The translations under genes and the position numbers were made by a program. Below, piece after piece: positions 47,224 through 60,979 of a DNA stretch of 64,000 nt. This stretch comes from Heteronotia binoei (taxonomy: Eukaryota). The number at the start of each line of letters is the position of its first letter. Within the stretch, counting starts at the first letter, position 1. The DNA lies in the NCBI RefSeq assembly GCF_032191835.1, contig NC_083234.1:78864001-78928000 (forward strand). Reading direction: 5' to 3'. The notes beneath the pieces were generated by a model, which searched no databases, had not been told where the DNA came from, and saw only the letters and a program-made list of their open reading frames with translations.

Positions 47224-47397
47224 TGAGTAACCTATAAAGACCTTAAGAAACCCTTGGGGGGGGGGGGTCAGGTATTATTGGAGCACTGGGTTTCAGGCAG
47301 TTTCATAAGCCCCCAACCGTCTCTCGTGACATTTGCAGTATTCAGTCTGATAACAAAGCAGGACTCCAGTGGAAACTTCAAGGCTGACTGGCTTCCT

Positions 47398-47620
47398 GTC
47401 AGTTCGGCATAGTGGTTAAGTTGGCGGACTCTTATCTGGGAGAACCGCGTTTGATTCCCCACGCCTCCACTTGCACCTGCTGGCATGGCCTTGGGTCAGC
47501 CATAGCTCTGGCAGAGGTTGTCCTTGAAAGGGTAGCTGCTGTGAGAGCCCTCTCAGCCCCATGCACCTCACAGGGTGTCTGTTGTGGGGAAGGAAGGTGT
47601 AAAGGAGATTGTGAACTGCT
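47398..47620 (+). mobile_element. Squam3/MIR-like SINE, 3'-truncated
   Basis: Same family head and body as other copies. Confidence 0.8.
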
Positions 47621-47952
47621 CCAATATCATCTTCTGTTTGCTGCAACAGATCAACATAGCTGCTACTCTGTAGTTGTACTCTGATGAACGCGGGATGACT
47701 CCAGAAGCCCAGGCAGGTTGAGAGACCCAAATTGCCAACCCCCTCAGCAAGTATCCATGCCCACCGCTTCGCACAGAAAGCTGAAAGAATGCCATTTTAT
47801 GCTGACACCTTCTGCACTGAAAAGCTTTGCAGGTCATAATGGTTCTGTTTTAGGAAGGTCCCTTGTCAGTGAAGACTGATAACTTCTCACTTGTGGCATC
47901 TGGCTGGTTCTGACATGTTCTTGCTTTGCAAAATTGTGTTTTTCCTCTGTAG

Positions 47953-48022
47953 GGAAGATAAAGGAGCTCTGGCTAAACTGGTGGAAGCTGTGAAGACCAA
48001 CTACAATGAGAGATATGAGGAG
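47953..48022 (+). CDS. RPL7A: RPL7A exon 7 (70 nt)
   Basis: ctgtag|[23 protein letters not shown]|gtaagc. Confidence 0.98.
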
Positions 48023-48284
48023 GTAAGCTTGTGCTGAGTTAATTCCTTAGCATCTTTCAGTTTGTAAATGCTGGAAAAGCTGTTTTCCCCATGCTTTTTA
48101 TTGATTTGGGAGCCAGGATCGTCCCCCAGCCCATGTGTAGATGTCATAGCATTATGTGTAACAGAAACAGTGGAAAGGAACATGTGGCAATAGTCATAAT
48201 AGATCCAGCTTGTTTTAGCCTATTTGTATGTTTCTCAAAGTCCCAGCAAACAACAAGTTAAATATATGGCTATATCTAAAATGA

Positions 48285-48410
<126 letters not shown>

Positions 48411-48447
48411 ATGGATCGGATTTGCCTCAAGTTTTTCTGTACATAAA

Positions 48448-48461
48448 AATAAAATAATAAA
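48448..48461 (+). promoter_or_regulatory. RPL7A: RPL7A polyadenylation signals (two AATAAA)
   Basis: AATAAA at 48448 and 48456, about 40 nt after the stop, followed by GT-rich sequence. Confidence 0.8.
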
Positions 48462-49016
48462 CAAAAATGAGTGTTGCGTGGAGACAGTTATTACCCTTTG
48501 TAATGTAGTGGCTAAAGTGATTGTGTAGTGCGAAAGGATGGTGTTAGTGGCTAGTTCAGATACACATTCCATCAGGCCAGTTTGGAAGTGGGGGGTGCTT
48601 GACTACCTCCCATTTTAGGAGCTCTCCTGTGTCTCACAGTGCCCTGGTTTCAGATGTCCTGCAAGTTCTCCCAGGGCTTAGGATTCAGGAAGGGTATGGC
48701 TGGGATGGAACTCTGCAAAATAACAGAAGCACCTCCTTCATGCAAGTTTCTGGTCCTTGCAGATAGATAAGGTACCTTTCAAAACGGTTATAGTCTATTC
48801 TTCCTTAAACAGCAGGCAGTCAGTCCAAATTTAAACATTGTGCATTCTCTGCATGGATTCTCTTAGTAACTTTTTTTTATGCAGAGGAAGATTGGGCTAC
48901 ATTTCCCCCTATGTCATCTTCAAACCTTACATGTGTTAAGAATATACTACAGAAACAGTAGCAGGGCTTCAGTCTTCATAACCATAAAAAAAAATGACTA
49001 AAAGCTGAAAACATGA

Positions 49017-49022
49017 TTTATT
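49017..49022 (-). promoter_or_regulatory. SURF1: Candidate SURF1 polyadenylation signal
   Basis: AATAAA on the minus strand about 360 nt after the stop. Confidence 0.45.
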
Positions 49023-49379
49023 CCCCAACCTCATTCCAAGAAACCTGATGGCTTCAGTCACAATTCCAGAATCTTGCCCCAAACTCCTCCAACCCCCGTA
49101 CAGTCACTGATTTCCCATCTGCTTTTCAAGCTGAAGAATGAGAGCCTTCATGCCATGAGTGGCATCCTCTTTTCTACCTTTTCAGCTCTTCTGCATGTAA
49201 TGAATCCTGATTTTGATTCAAGTAGCCGCCTGGCCCTCCCAAGGGTAATTCGTGCTTACGGCAGCTCTAGCCAGCTTCCAGTGGAACACCTAGATGCTGT
49301 GATCATGGTGACCCTTGGAACAGTCAGCTCCATTGTGACTATTCCGGCTGAACAAGACATTGCAGTAAAGGACTGAGGC

Positions 49380-49446
49380 TCAGAGGTGCACTTTTTGAAT
49401 GAACTTCTTGTACCACAGGTAGGATGTGGCCACACACAAGCCATAC
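49380..49446 (-). CDS. SURF1: SURF1 exon 9 (to stop); joined CDS 933 nt = 310 aa
   Basis: tcacag|(W)YGLCVATSYLWYKKFIQKVHL*. Confidence 0.95.
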
Positions 49447-49652
49447 CTGTGAAGAAAGAAGGAACAAAAGTAAACTTGGGAGAACCCACCAGGCTAAACT
49501 TTATGTACACTGGTTCAGGGCACAGTATCAATGTCTATGATTACCTTAGAAACACATTTTGCAACTGATTCGGGTACAGTTGGATCAGACATTATCCAGC
49601 CAGCAGGAATTTCAATGTATAGCCTATGGGCACTTCAGTAACTCCTTGCATA

Positions 49653-49817
49653 CACCCTGACAGCCCAGGCAAGCCCTATCTCAGAAGCTAAGCAGGGTCC
49701 ACTCTGGCAAGTACTTGGATGGGAGACCTTGAAATACCACAGCAGGGAGGCAATGGCAGGCTTTATTCAGCCATCTGAATATCCTCCATGTCCCCAGTCA
49801 TAGCCATGACTTCCAGA
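49653..49817 (+). mobile_element. 5S-derived SINE
   Basis: AGAAGCTAAGCAGGGTC...AGTACTTGGATGGGAGACC. Confidence 0.7.
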
Positions 49818-51649
49818 TGCGTGCTCTCATGCATTAAAATACAAACAAGGAGAAATCCCATTTCTTCCTTATGCGTGAATAGGCTGCACTCTAAAAGAGC
49901 ACGTGTCTGTCTGCCCTGATGCACATCAGCATGTCCTATTAGAATAAGTCCTATTACTATATCAACCGTATATCATGTTGTAAGGATTTGAACCTGTCCC
50001 ACCCTAGCCCCAATGGCTTGATTAATCCAGTGTACTTTCTTGCAACTACCAGCGTTTTATGCACCCAATGACACATTTTAGAGATTCACAAAGTCAGACA
50101 GTATGATCTGTGTGTGCTTGTGGGGTATCCCGTCTGATTCTGCTTGCTTTCTAGCCCACCCAACATTATCTAAAATTGCCTAGCCACAGTGGAAGAGCCA
50201 AACTGCAGCTCAGATGCTGTATGTGACTTTCACGCATATTATGCAGCTCCCAGAGGTTGAGGAAAATGCAGGCTTACTCTCAAGTATGCATATTTAGCAT
50301 TGGGATCTCAGCCTGAGTGCTGACCCATAGGTAGGTGACTTTCCACTGTGTATTAAATGAGGAAGGGGGGAAATAGGCAGACTTGCAAGCTGTTTGCCAC
50401 CACAGAGGTTGCCCAGAGACCCAGAGCGGGGAAAGAGTGCAAGAGCCAAGGGAGTCACTAGAAGAAGGGACAAAATTAAATAGGGTGGCACAGGGTTCCC
50501 CTTTGGTTTCATAGCTCTTGTAGGAGCTGTATTTACTAACTGGTGTCAAGGGAAAGAGTTGCATAACAATGCAACTACTGGTCAGTGATTTATGTGGTAC
50601 ATGTGTGCTTCCTTTTCCCACTGGTGCCAAAAAATAATTCCCTAACCTTTCCCTATTATGGTCTTATGGGGACTGTTATTCCCAGCTTTTATTTTTAAAA
50701 AAGTCTCCTCCTAGCACCATCATCTTATAAAGTGCACACATATGCATTTTATCTTTCTGCACAAAGAAAGTATTCAATGCTTTAATATTTGTCTTGTGGC
50801 TCTCAAACACCCAACATTATTCTATGTGGCCCTTCCATTAAGCAAGTTTGGCCACCCCTGGTCTTGTATTTCAGGGGATTTAAACTCCGCCTCCACTATT
50901 TTCAGTTTGCACTGCGGATTTTGTTGAAAAACCTGAGTGGTCCCCAAATTTGCTGAAAATATACCTTTTGTCACTGGCCCTGATGCACAAATTTAAGAAT
51001 CTGCAGATGGAGCCACACTTTCCTATTAAGAGTATATGACACCTGTTTTTGCTTCCCAGAAGGGATCCTAAAGGAGCTTTGCTGCCTACAACAATCTTGT
51101 GAAGCTAAGCTGGGCGACTGACTAGCCCACTAGCTCAGCTCATGAGATTCAAACCTGGGTCTCCTTGACCCTAATCCAGCACTCAACTACGTCATGCCTA
51201 GCAGCTCCTTATTTTTCACAGGCTACTAAGAAGGCAGAGGATAGGCCAAGATCTTTGCAAGCAGGTCCTGCTACTACAGCCACCGATTTCTCCACACATC
51301 TTGGTTAACCCTCTCACTAAATGCAAACTGGGCAGCATCCATCAGCTCTGTCCTGTTGCTTCCACTGTGGCCAAAACTAGGAGCAGCTGGACAGGCAGGA
51401 TATCTGTCACCCAAACAGGCTGATGGCCCCTTAGGTCACAGCAGACAAGCAGAGATAATCCTGGCTTCTCAGAAAGTGCCTGCAGACCTATGGGTAAAAC
51501 CCAGAGTCAGACATGACATCCAGACCTGCTCTGAAAAAGCTGGGTGCCAGAGCAGCAGAGATCCATCTTGGATGCTGAGTCTGCTGATTAGCATTCATCA
51601 CCAGGATACCTTCCATCCACTGAACAAGGACAAAGCATGGGGTTTGCCA

Positions 51650-51780
51650 CTAGAATCACAGAGTTGGAAGGGACCTCCAGGATCATCTAGTCCAACCCCT
51701 CACAATGCAGGAAACTCACAAATGCTTCCCCCTAAATTCATAGGTTCCACATTGCTGTCATATGGCCATCTAGTCTCTGT
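51650..51780 (-). mobile_element. CR1 3' UTR fragment
   Basis: AGAATCACAGAGTTGGAAGGGACCTCCAGG. Confidence 0.75.
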
Positions 51781-51914
51781 TTAGGATTTATATCAGCGAA
51801 TGGGAGGTAAAGTCAGAAGCCTTGCCTATATTCAGCCCTGGGGACAATCTTCATAGTAAAGTCCAGTACTGTATGACCCCCTAACTCCCTGCAAAGAGGG
51901 AACGGCTTACTCAC

Positions 51915-51996
51915 CAGGTAATAATATACTGCATGTGCTCGTTTCTTAAGGTCACTCTTGTCTGGCCTCCAATTGGCCCCCCTGGGACTGTGCTCT
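51915..51996 (-). CDS. SURF1: SURF1 exon 8 (82 nt)
   Basis: tcatag|(K)[26 protein letters not shown]|gtgagt. Confidence 0.97.
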
Positions 51997-52550
51997 CTAT
52001 GAATGCAGGAGAGAGACAGAAGTGAATCTTAACTAGACTATGGGGAAAGAAAACATGGATTCATTTGAGAAATGCAATGCAGCACGGACTGGAGTGTGTG
52101 TGCAGGTGCTAAAAAGGGGGTCCCCTTCCCAGTCCTCTGCTGACACCCAGAGACTCTTCCTGGGAGAACTGCCTTTCCATTACAGCCAGAGGTCCTTTGA
52201 TCACCCTTGTATAACTCAGCTGTCCTGCACGGCACTGAGAATTTTTGCACATGTTCTATGTGGCACAGCTGCTGGACTCACTCAGCCTGCTCAGGTGGGC
52301 TACACAGTGGCAAATGCAACCCACCAGAGCCCCCTCTGCTGCATGGCTCTGGTTTAAATTGGCCTCCTGCATCCCAAAAGGCAACTCACTGCCAGCTTCC
52401 ACAGAACTTCATCTTTGTAACTGGGACGCTGCAGAATCCAGTGACCTCGGAGAAAAGCAAAGGCAGGTCCCCAACAGCAGTGCTTTCCCGGCCCACTCTT
52501 TGCATCAGTCCCAAAATAAGGATGGGGCAAGAAGGGGAGGAGAGACTTAC

Positions 52551-52713
52551 TGTAATCTGCATCTATAAAAATGGGCTCAGCCCCTGTCACTCTCGCCATG
52601 GCTTCCAGGTCTCGGTAGTGCCAGCGGTTCTGCTCCACGTTGTTCTCTGGGACAAAGGGCTTGCGGGTTTCGGACAGCCTCACCACTCCGGTGAGCTCAG
52701 TTTCTTCCTGGAT
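52551..52713 (-). CDS. SURF1: SURF1 exon 7 (163 nt)
   Basis: ttcag|[25 protein letters not shown]...[23 protein letters not shown]|gtaagt. Confidence 0.97.
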
Positions 52714-53820
52714 CTGAAACAAAGAGTCAGATAGCAGCTCCCTTCTGCTTCTGCAAAGCCCACTAAAAGAGCCCAACATTTCCAAACCCTTGTCAGAGAA
52801 TTCCGCCAAGTGTGCTGGCTGCAATTCTGAGAGACTACTTGGTGTTTCCCTATAAAGTATTTGGGGTGTGTTTTTTATTTCTGTGACTTAAATATGGGGT
52901 TCCATATGTATGAAGCTGTGAGTTAAAATGTAGACCTCTAAAGTACATATGAACAACATATGAAGCTGCCTTATACTGAATCAGACCTTTGGTCCATCAA
53001 AGTCAGTATTGTCTTCTCAGACTGGCAGCGGCTCTCCAGGGTCTCAAGCTGAGTAAGAAAGGGGTAGCTGGATGAGTGACCAAAGTGTGTTATGAGTGGA
53101 TGGTAGCTGCACTCTGAGGGGGCGGAGTGGACTGGTTTGTAGGGATGGTGGTGTTCAGGGTGTGTACAGGAGAAGGAGAGTGGGTGAAGACTGTGGAGAG
53201 TGAGAGGAACCTGGTTCTGTGTGGAAGTTATGAGCTTAAGTGGCGTGAGGAAAATAAGCCTTTGGGGCTAATTCTATTTAAGGAATTTGAGAGATAGAAA
53301 AACTGCACACATCTGAAATCATTACATTTATTAATTTTACTGAAACCACTGTGTTAAGGTGTGCATCCAAAAGGGGGTGAGGCAGAATAAGTTCTAAAGA
53401 AACACATACATTTGCTTTGCCAGGAGAGGCTGCAGAAATCAGCTACTCTAGTATATTCCCAGCCCTGCTTATGCATCATGCAAGCAAGTAGTTATCCAGT
53501 GACTTTGGGCCCAATCAGTACAGGGCTCTACCCATCCAATCACAATGCTCCTGTCCAGTGGAAAATTGCTTTGGCTTATCTAGCAGGTTGTCGGGGAGGG
53601 GAGGGGAGGGGGAGATTGTTTTTTACAGATTGGCCACTGAGCCCACGACTACGCTGTTAGTGAAATCATTACACGGCTGACTGACCCTACCGTCCTAACC
53701 AGAGTTGCTCCCTTCCAAGTCCAATAAAGGAAGGCCCTGATTCTGTTTAGGACTGCACTGCAGCAGCAACAGCATCAGGTGCCCCAGATGTCGTCTCAGT
53801 GGGGTTGTATCTGCCTTCAC

Positions 53821-53893
53821 CTGTCCTTGCCGCCTGGTCTCTGGCTTCACCTTCTTTCTGGGGACAAAGCCCCTGTTGACGAGAATTGAGATT
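53821..53893 (-). CDS. SURF1: SURF1 exon 6 (73 nt)
   Basis: cacag|ISILVNRGFVPRKKVKPETRRQGQ|gtgaag. Confidence 0.96.
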
Positions 53894-55301
53894 CTGTGAG
53901 GAGCAAGAGGGAGAGACAGGAAGAAATACTTCAGTCAGGGCATTAAGACTTCCAGCACCCAAAGTGGATCTTTTTCCAAATAGAGGAAGATTTTAGAAAG
54001 ATAAGAACAAAACTGACCAACGTACCCTCACCCGGATATTGGATGCCACCTGCACACTTACCCTTCTACCAAAATGATTTCTCCCACCTGCTCTTTCTGG
54101 GATCTCTCTCTACTCACTCAGCTGGCGTCTCTGCGCATCTACTCAGATGGGCTGTGTCCCACCCAAATATATGGTGCAATGTGTTTGTTGGTCTTGAGGA
54201 TGCCACACAACTAAACAAATAGGCTGCAAAAGCGGGGGAAAGAGGCTAACTAGTGGTGTGTTGATAACAGCTCCAAGGCTGGTAGTGAAATAACAGATGC
54301 CACAGAAACAGCCTGCTTGGAAGAAGGGGGGGGGGGGGATTGCTAGACTGGGATGACGAGTCACAAGCTGCCACTGGACTGTTTGGAAGCTCTTGGAATA
54401 AGGCCTGCTCATATGACTATGGGAGAAAGGCAGCATGGGCTTTGAGGAGACTCAGTTTGGCAATATTTTTTTCTGGCTGACTTCACTGTTCCTTTTCCAA
54501 CTTTATCCCTTTTTTCAAGTTAACATCATTTTACTGGACACTCCAAACTGGAAAAAATAAATCTTTCCCCAAAAAAACTTGTTCTGAAGGTTCTATATCA
54601 AGTCTGTAAAAACTGAACACTAAACTGCTTCCCTGCTCTCACCCTGGTTTTTCATGCATCTTTCCCGAAGCAGCACAAGTAACAGCTTCCAAAATATTCA
54701 TAGGTTGCCCTACTTTTTTTGAAGTGCTGTTCTCTAGATTCTGAGTGTGCTGCCAAAATCTGAGTGAAATGCTCAGAGCAGCTGCAAAGGCACTCCTGAG
54801 TACATAGCAGCATCCCAGCTGGCCACAAACATGATGCACAAACTGCACTGCCTGCAACCTTTGTTCATGGAATCTGCCCCAATTAGGAGGCAGAGAATGG
54901 TCAGGTGCCTCAACGAGGGAAGAGCAGCTTCCTGAAGCCTGGGAGGAGTTTCATTAGTCCCAGGCTCAAGAGGCAGCAACTTCAACCCAGAAGACGGCAC
55001 AGGGTCAGCTCCCACCGCCAGAGAGGATCACACAGAGAAGCCCTCAAGCGCTCTTGCGCTGCAGTCCGAAGCAAAACCAAAGGCAGAAACTTAACTGTAC
55101 AATGGATGTTGGGCCAGCTGGTTGCTACTGGCTGTTTAGGGATCTTGCTTACACTGTGAGTCTCACAACGCAGCCTCAGAAAGAGATCACTCACAGAATC
55201 CAAAATTTCTTTTATTAGCAGAACATGTTTTTAGTCTTCGAGCACAATACAGTGATACAGTAGCACTCCTGTCTAAGCCTTCTAGCTGCCAACCAACCTA
55301 C

Positions 55302-55493
55302 CCAAGATCCGTGCAGTAAAAGGGTGTGATCACATTCGCACCGCTCTCTGGATTCGACATCAGCTGGCCAGCAGCCCTGGCCTCTTTCTTCACATCCACC
55401 AGGGAACGTGGAAGTATGTACAACTCCTTTGTGTGGTCAAAGTATCCGCGGACTCTAACCGGCCTGTACTCCAACTCCTTCAACTCCAGGAGG
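55302..55493 (-). CDS. SURF1: SURF1 exon 5 (192 nt)
   Basis: ttgcag|[25 protein letters not shown]...[11 protein letters not shown]|gtaggt. Confidence 0.97.
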
Positions 55494-55774
55494 CTGCAAA
55501 AGAATGGAAAATGGTGGTAGCAAAAGCGCAGAGAGACGGGATACCATCTCAGTTTCTTTGCTAATGCAAGTACTTCACACGCAGTGGATGTGATGAGTAC
55601 TGAGACTGGACAAAAAGTGCTAGCTGCTTCTAATGCAACTGAAGGAAAGTGCAAATTACAAGACAAGGTGGTTGGTTGGGATCCACAGATCTGTGCCACT
55701 CATTCATCACAGAGCTTTCCTCTGTGCTGAGGCAAGAGGTCTTCTTTCCTTTGTTGTAAGGACCTTTCTTGACC

Positions 55775-55962
55775 TGACCTGAATGGCCCAGGATGACCTG
55801 ATCAGACCTCAAAAGCTAAGCAGAGTTGGCCCTGGTTAGCCTTGGATGGGAGATGACCAAGGAAGTCCCTGCAGAGGAAGACAATGGCAAAGCCATCTCT
55901 GAATGCCTCTTTGCCTCAAAAACCCTACGGGGGGTCACCTGAATCACTGCAGCTTGACAGGA
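55775..55962 (+). mobile_element. 5S-derived SINE
   Basis: AAAAGCTAAGCAGAGTTGGCCCTGGTTAGCCTTGGATGGGAG, plus a Sauria-like tail. Confidence 0.65.
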
Positions 55963-56477
55963 TTCTCTGCTGCCCCCAGGGACCTTTTTTACTGGTAGAA
56001 TTGATCTGGGATTGAACCAGGCTCCAGTCACGTTTGCACAAATGATGCATAGGAGAGACAAGGGAAAGTAAAAGGAGAAGCAGAAAAGGTACAAAGGGAA
56101 CACTTGTGGCAGAACCAGAGGCTGCCAGGGGGAGAAACAAAGGAGGTAGTCTCAAAGTGGCTTACAATCACCTTCCCTTTGTCTTCCCACAACAGTCACC
56201 TGCTGAAGGAGGTGGGGCTGAGAGAGCTCTGAGGGAACTGTGACCGGCCCAAAGAGTGGGGAATCAACCTACTACACTACATGGGGTTCACCACACTGGA
56301 AGAGAAAGGAAGGCTGCAGACTAGAAAGAAACAAAAGAGGAAAAGCAAGGAGGAGGAAGTGAATGGGGAAATGAAGCTCTCCTCAACGGGTTCCCCACCT
56401 GTTTAAATATATTAGCAGTAGCTATTTCAGAAGCAGATTTATGACAATCCTTATTTGTACAATGCCCTCAATGTTGA

Positions 56478-57116
56478 GAACACGTCCAGAGGAGGGCAAC
56501 AAAGATGGTGAGAGGTCTGGAGACCATCCTAGGATGAAAGGCTGAAGGAGCTGGGCACGTTTAGCCTGGAGTGGAGATGACCAAGGACTGAAGGCCTGTC
56601 CTATAGAGGAGGGTGTGGAATTGTTTTCTGTGGCCCCAGAAGGTCAGGCCAGAACCAATGGGTTGAAATTAAATCAGAGGAGTATTTGGCTAAACATTAG
56701 GAAGAACTTCCTGACAGTTAGAGCGGTTCCTCAGTGGAACACCCTTTCTTGGGGAGGCGGTGGGCTCTGGAGGTTTTCAAACAGAGGTTAGATGGTCATC
56801 TGATAGCAATGCTGATTCTGTGAACTTGGGCAGGTCATGAGAAGGAGGGCAGGAAGGTTGCATCAGTGCTTAGTTCTCATGGCCCTTTCTTACACACTCA
56901 GGGAAATGCTGATTGCCACTCCGGGGTCAGGAAGCAATTTTCTCCAAGGCAGCTTGGCCAGGGATCCTGGAGGTTTTTTGCCATCTTTTGGCCATGGAGT
57001 CATGCGGGGGGGGAGGAGGTAACTGTGAATTTTCTGTATTGTGTGGGACCCTGAATGTGCAGCAATTTCAGGACCTAGATGACCCTGGAGGTCCCTTCCA
57101 ACTCTGCGATTCTAAG
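56478..57116 (+). mobile_element. CR1 3' fragment with full 3' UTR
   Basis: [32 protein letters not shown], then GGAGGTCCCTTCCAACTCTGCGATTCT. Confidence 0.88.
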
Positions 57117-57382
57117 AGGCCACAAGGTTTTTAATCTAAAGCCCGGCAGGATGCAACAAAGGAAGAGAAGGTCTATAAAGGGTGAATGAAAGTAGGACCT
57201 CTCTGCTGGCCCCACTCCTGACCCACTGACAGAAGCCCAAGAGGCCAGCTGATGCTTCTTTCTATTGAAAGAAAAACTTCACCCATTTCAATTCAGGAGC
57301 AGAGTTAGTGAAAGAAATCGCAACTACTTGCAGAACACAAACTCACATTTTTAACAGATTATGACGTGGCACATGCACTTAC

Positions 57383-57465
57383 TCAGGTGGCAACGGAACT
57401 GGCTCTGCTGCAACTCGTGCTTCCAAGTCAGCAATCAGCTTCAGTTTCCATTTCCGCCGCTGAAC
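57383..57465 (-). CDS. SURF1: SURF1 exon 4 (83 nt)
   Basis: atcag|[27 protein letters not shown]|gtaagt. Confidence 0.97.
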
Positions 57466-58230
57466 CTGATAAACACACAGGAACTTAGAGGCCTTATGTG
57501 ACAATTATCTGAGCCAGCTAAACCCATGCATTTCTGGACCAGATTCCAACATAATGCATGGTAAGCAATACAGGCTGTTCCCCTCTAAGAACTCAGCAAA
57601 GTCAGCATCTAGTTATTTGATGAAGGGAACTCTCAAAAGCTTACACCACAAAAATCTTGTTTGTTTCTAAGGTGCTACTGAACTCAAATCTAGCTCACGT
57701 CTATTATTCACCAAGTAGCTTGCAATGAAGAGAAAGAAAATCCTTAATAGTAAGTGATGAACCTGCAGAGGAGGAAGACATCCCAAAGCACACAGCGTAA
57801 AGTCACAGTAGAAGAGGGGCAGCATGCGTTCAGAACCCTCTCGTGTGCCACAGCATCCCCAATTCATTTATTTGCACAAACATGATCTCTGTCTGCCAAA
57901 GCATCGCAACAGCTGTGGAAAGTAGCTGGTGAAATAAATTGGCTTTTCAGGTGATTACAAAAGGACTGTCCTGGCAAGGCTTCCATAGAAACAGCAGCAA
58001 CAAAAAAAGCATCAACCGAATGCCTATTATGAGTGCTGAAAGAGCTTCAGACAGATTAACATGGGAATTCTAATGAAACTGATTTACATGGGTTGGACTC
58101 ACTATCACCCCCAGACTCCGGGAGGGGCTCACTTTAGGCAACATGGTAGAAACCAGGATGCTCCTGGCTCACGCTCTTAGCTGCACCTGCTCTCCACTAA
58201 ACATTCCTAAAAACCAAGCCTAAGATTCAC

Positions 58231-58358
58231 CTGCCACGTTCCAAGGCAAAATGTCACCACAGGGATAGCGAGGAGGCCCCATTTGAGTACTGCATCCTCT
58301 CCAGACTTGGCAGTAATGGCACTGGAAATTCCAGATGTGCAACATCTCCAGGAAGTCT
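58231..58358 (-). CDS. SURF1: SURF1 exon 3 (128 nt)
   Basis: ttcccag|..EDAVLKWGLLAIPVVTFCLGTWQ|gtgaat. Confidence 0.95.
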
Positions 58359-58944
58359 CTGGGAAAACAAAGCAAGATATATAGCATTTATGCCAACTGC
58401 AGAAAAACCCGAAGAGACATGACACAGGATGCAGCACACCATAGATTCTCAGTGATTATTCAACAATAACGTACACAATTGCGCACCACAGAATATGAGC
58501 ATGTTAAAAAGTAAATTAGGTGCACAAGAACATCACTATCCAATGAATTTCTCTTTTAGCTTTATTGACATGCTCAAATAGGGATATTGGCTGTTTATCT
58601 CATTACGTATACTAAACCCATCTCCCACTATATTTTAATGTATTTTTCTTCTAATGGCAAACTATATGTATGTTACATGTTAAAAGGTAAATTAGTTGGA
58701 TGGAAAAAACTTCTGAGAAAGAAATGCCCTCATTTTGGTTCAGGCTTACAACAATACAGTGATTAACAAACATGCTCACATTTTGGCATGTTCCTGTTTT
58801 ATTGGTTTCTCATGCTCATGTTACCCAGATCAAAGGTTTGCTCAATTTGTTAATTTTACTATTCTGTCATTGGATCTTAAATTTGTACCATTTTTCATTC
58901 TAAACCACTGCCTACCAGCTATATGTAGCTCTGCTTACTGTACC

Positions 58945-59045
58945 TAATTCCTCGTCTGATGAAGTGTGCTTGGAGCACACAAAAGCTTCCGTTCTGAATA
59001 AAACTTCATTGGTCTTAAAGGTGCAACTTGACTCTTACTCTGTTC
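58945..59045 (+). repeat. Penelope-type terminal repeat fragment with a degenerate hammerhead motif
   Basis: CTGATGA-A-GTGTGCT-TGG-AGCACAC-AAAAGCTT...AATAAA...GGTCTTAAAGGTGC. Confidence 0.65.
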
Positions 59046-60979
59046 TTTTAATGAACACACCCATGTAGCTGCCTTATACTGAATTAGACCCCTGGTCCAT
59101 CAAGATCAGTATTTTATTTATTTACTTATATTTCAATTTATATCCCGCCCTTCTCACCGAAGCGGCTCAGGGCGGCTTACAACATATAAAATCTGACATA
59201 GGTTTAGCTTTAAAAACATCAATTTACAACAATTTAAAACAGTAAGATAATAAAACATAAAAAACAGCGGTCTGTCGAAATGTTACACTACATTGTTTTG
59301 TTTCCTCAGTATTGTTTCCTCAGACTAGTAGTGGCTCTGCAGGGTCTCAGGTGGAGGTTTGTCACATCATCAAAGGCCAGATCCTTTAACTGGAGATGCC
59401 AGGGATTGAAACTGGGAACTTCTGCACACAAAGGAGAGGCTCTTCTACTAAGCCAAAGCCCCTCCCCACAGCTATGGAGGCAGCCTGAGGCAAATGAGCC
59501 CTGATAAACCACAGCCCTTCCCCACTCTCTGGCAGATTTTCCCACAAAAAAATTAATTTCCAACTGTGACTGAGCAGCCCCAAGTAGTGTGGATTTAATT
59601 CTTGTTTTAAAAGTCTGCCTGTCCCACCCCGTCACAAAGATCTGGTCTGTGTTTTAGCCAAGCTCAGGAACTTGATGGAATAAACGAGAACCCACTTGTT
59701 TTCCCCTTTCAAATGGCACTTGAGATGGTATAACATTCAAACAGAAATAACAATTGTATTTAACAGGCAGGGAATGAATAGATGTAGTCAGAGGCTGGAA
59801 ATGCTGAAGTAAAAATTGTTGTTAATACAGCTTATACTTCTTTTAGCAATCAAAACTGTGTTGTTGGTTTTCATATATTCTTGGATCTTAACAGTGAGAG
59901 GAGTTTGACTGAATATTTTAGTTACAATTACAATGCTCCTTCTTATAGCTTCCCATGTCTCTTCAGGTTTATTTATTTATGTATCTAAACACTCCCCTTT
60001 TTGGAAACTACAGTTTATTTCAATAACTGGTGGATGTCTAGCTCTGGGGGTCCCCTCAGAGCAACCCCCCCCCCAGGTGCAACTGGGCAGAAATTCTTCT
60101 CTTCCTCCTCAGAAGATATAACCCTTGCCTTGGCCCAAATAGGACTTTCAGCATACCCTCGCCAAAATCTCAACCCCAGTTCTGGTGTCTATGTGAAATG
60201 GACTTTGTCTTAGGCTGACTCTTAAGAAATTCAGTTCGGATACGAAATTATTCCTCACAGCTTACAGAAAACAGTTAAGGTAAGGAGTCGTTTCCCCCTT
60301 CACTTCACAGGTGAACCTGTCAAACTGACTGCCAGACCCACTGGCTTCAACCAACTCTGTCAGAAGCCAACTGACTGCATAGTCTGGCTTCCCAAAGATC
60401 CGCTGGCTGAAAGACTCCACCAAAGAGACCATGCACTCAGCTAATCATATAGTTCTCAAATCAGAGGGAAGGGAGTGTTCGTGAGGGAGCAGCCTGTCAC
60501 TCAAGCTCTCCTTCCAGTGAAGAGTTAACTCTTCACTTCCCAGCTTTCTGAAATTGTTGCACTAGGAATCCTGTTGTTAAGGGCAGTCTGTCACAAGCCC
60601 CTGTCATTAATGCTCAACCCTGCCCTAAAGAAAAGGGCAGAAGTACCAACTACGGTACTTCTCCACCTTCCCACAGTCTCAAGAGAGCAGAGAAACTAGT
60701 CAGAAGAGGAGAGCCTGGGCAATGAAGTAGTGGGTTGGAATCCTTGTAGCACCCCTTGGACTCCTTTTAGGGGACAGGTGGGATCTAAATGTCTGGATAT
60801 AGGAACAGACCGTTACAACCACCATCAGCTAAACCACAAGTGGGTCTACTTTTTTCACCCTCACCAGTCCCTCTATGCCAGGTTCCACATGACCCTCTTC
60901 CTCTGCTAGGACAGGTTCCAAACAGGATCCAGCACATGAAATATCCTCATGGCCTTCTTGAGAGCTTCCAGCTGCTCAC

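Noticed and set aside
47660-47930. Possible third U36 or other C/D snoRNA in RPL7A intron 6
   Set aside because: Scattered TGATGA/CTGA words but no rRNA guide, correct box spacing or terminal stem.
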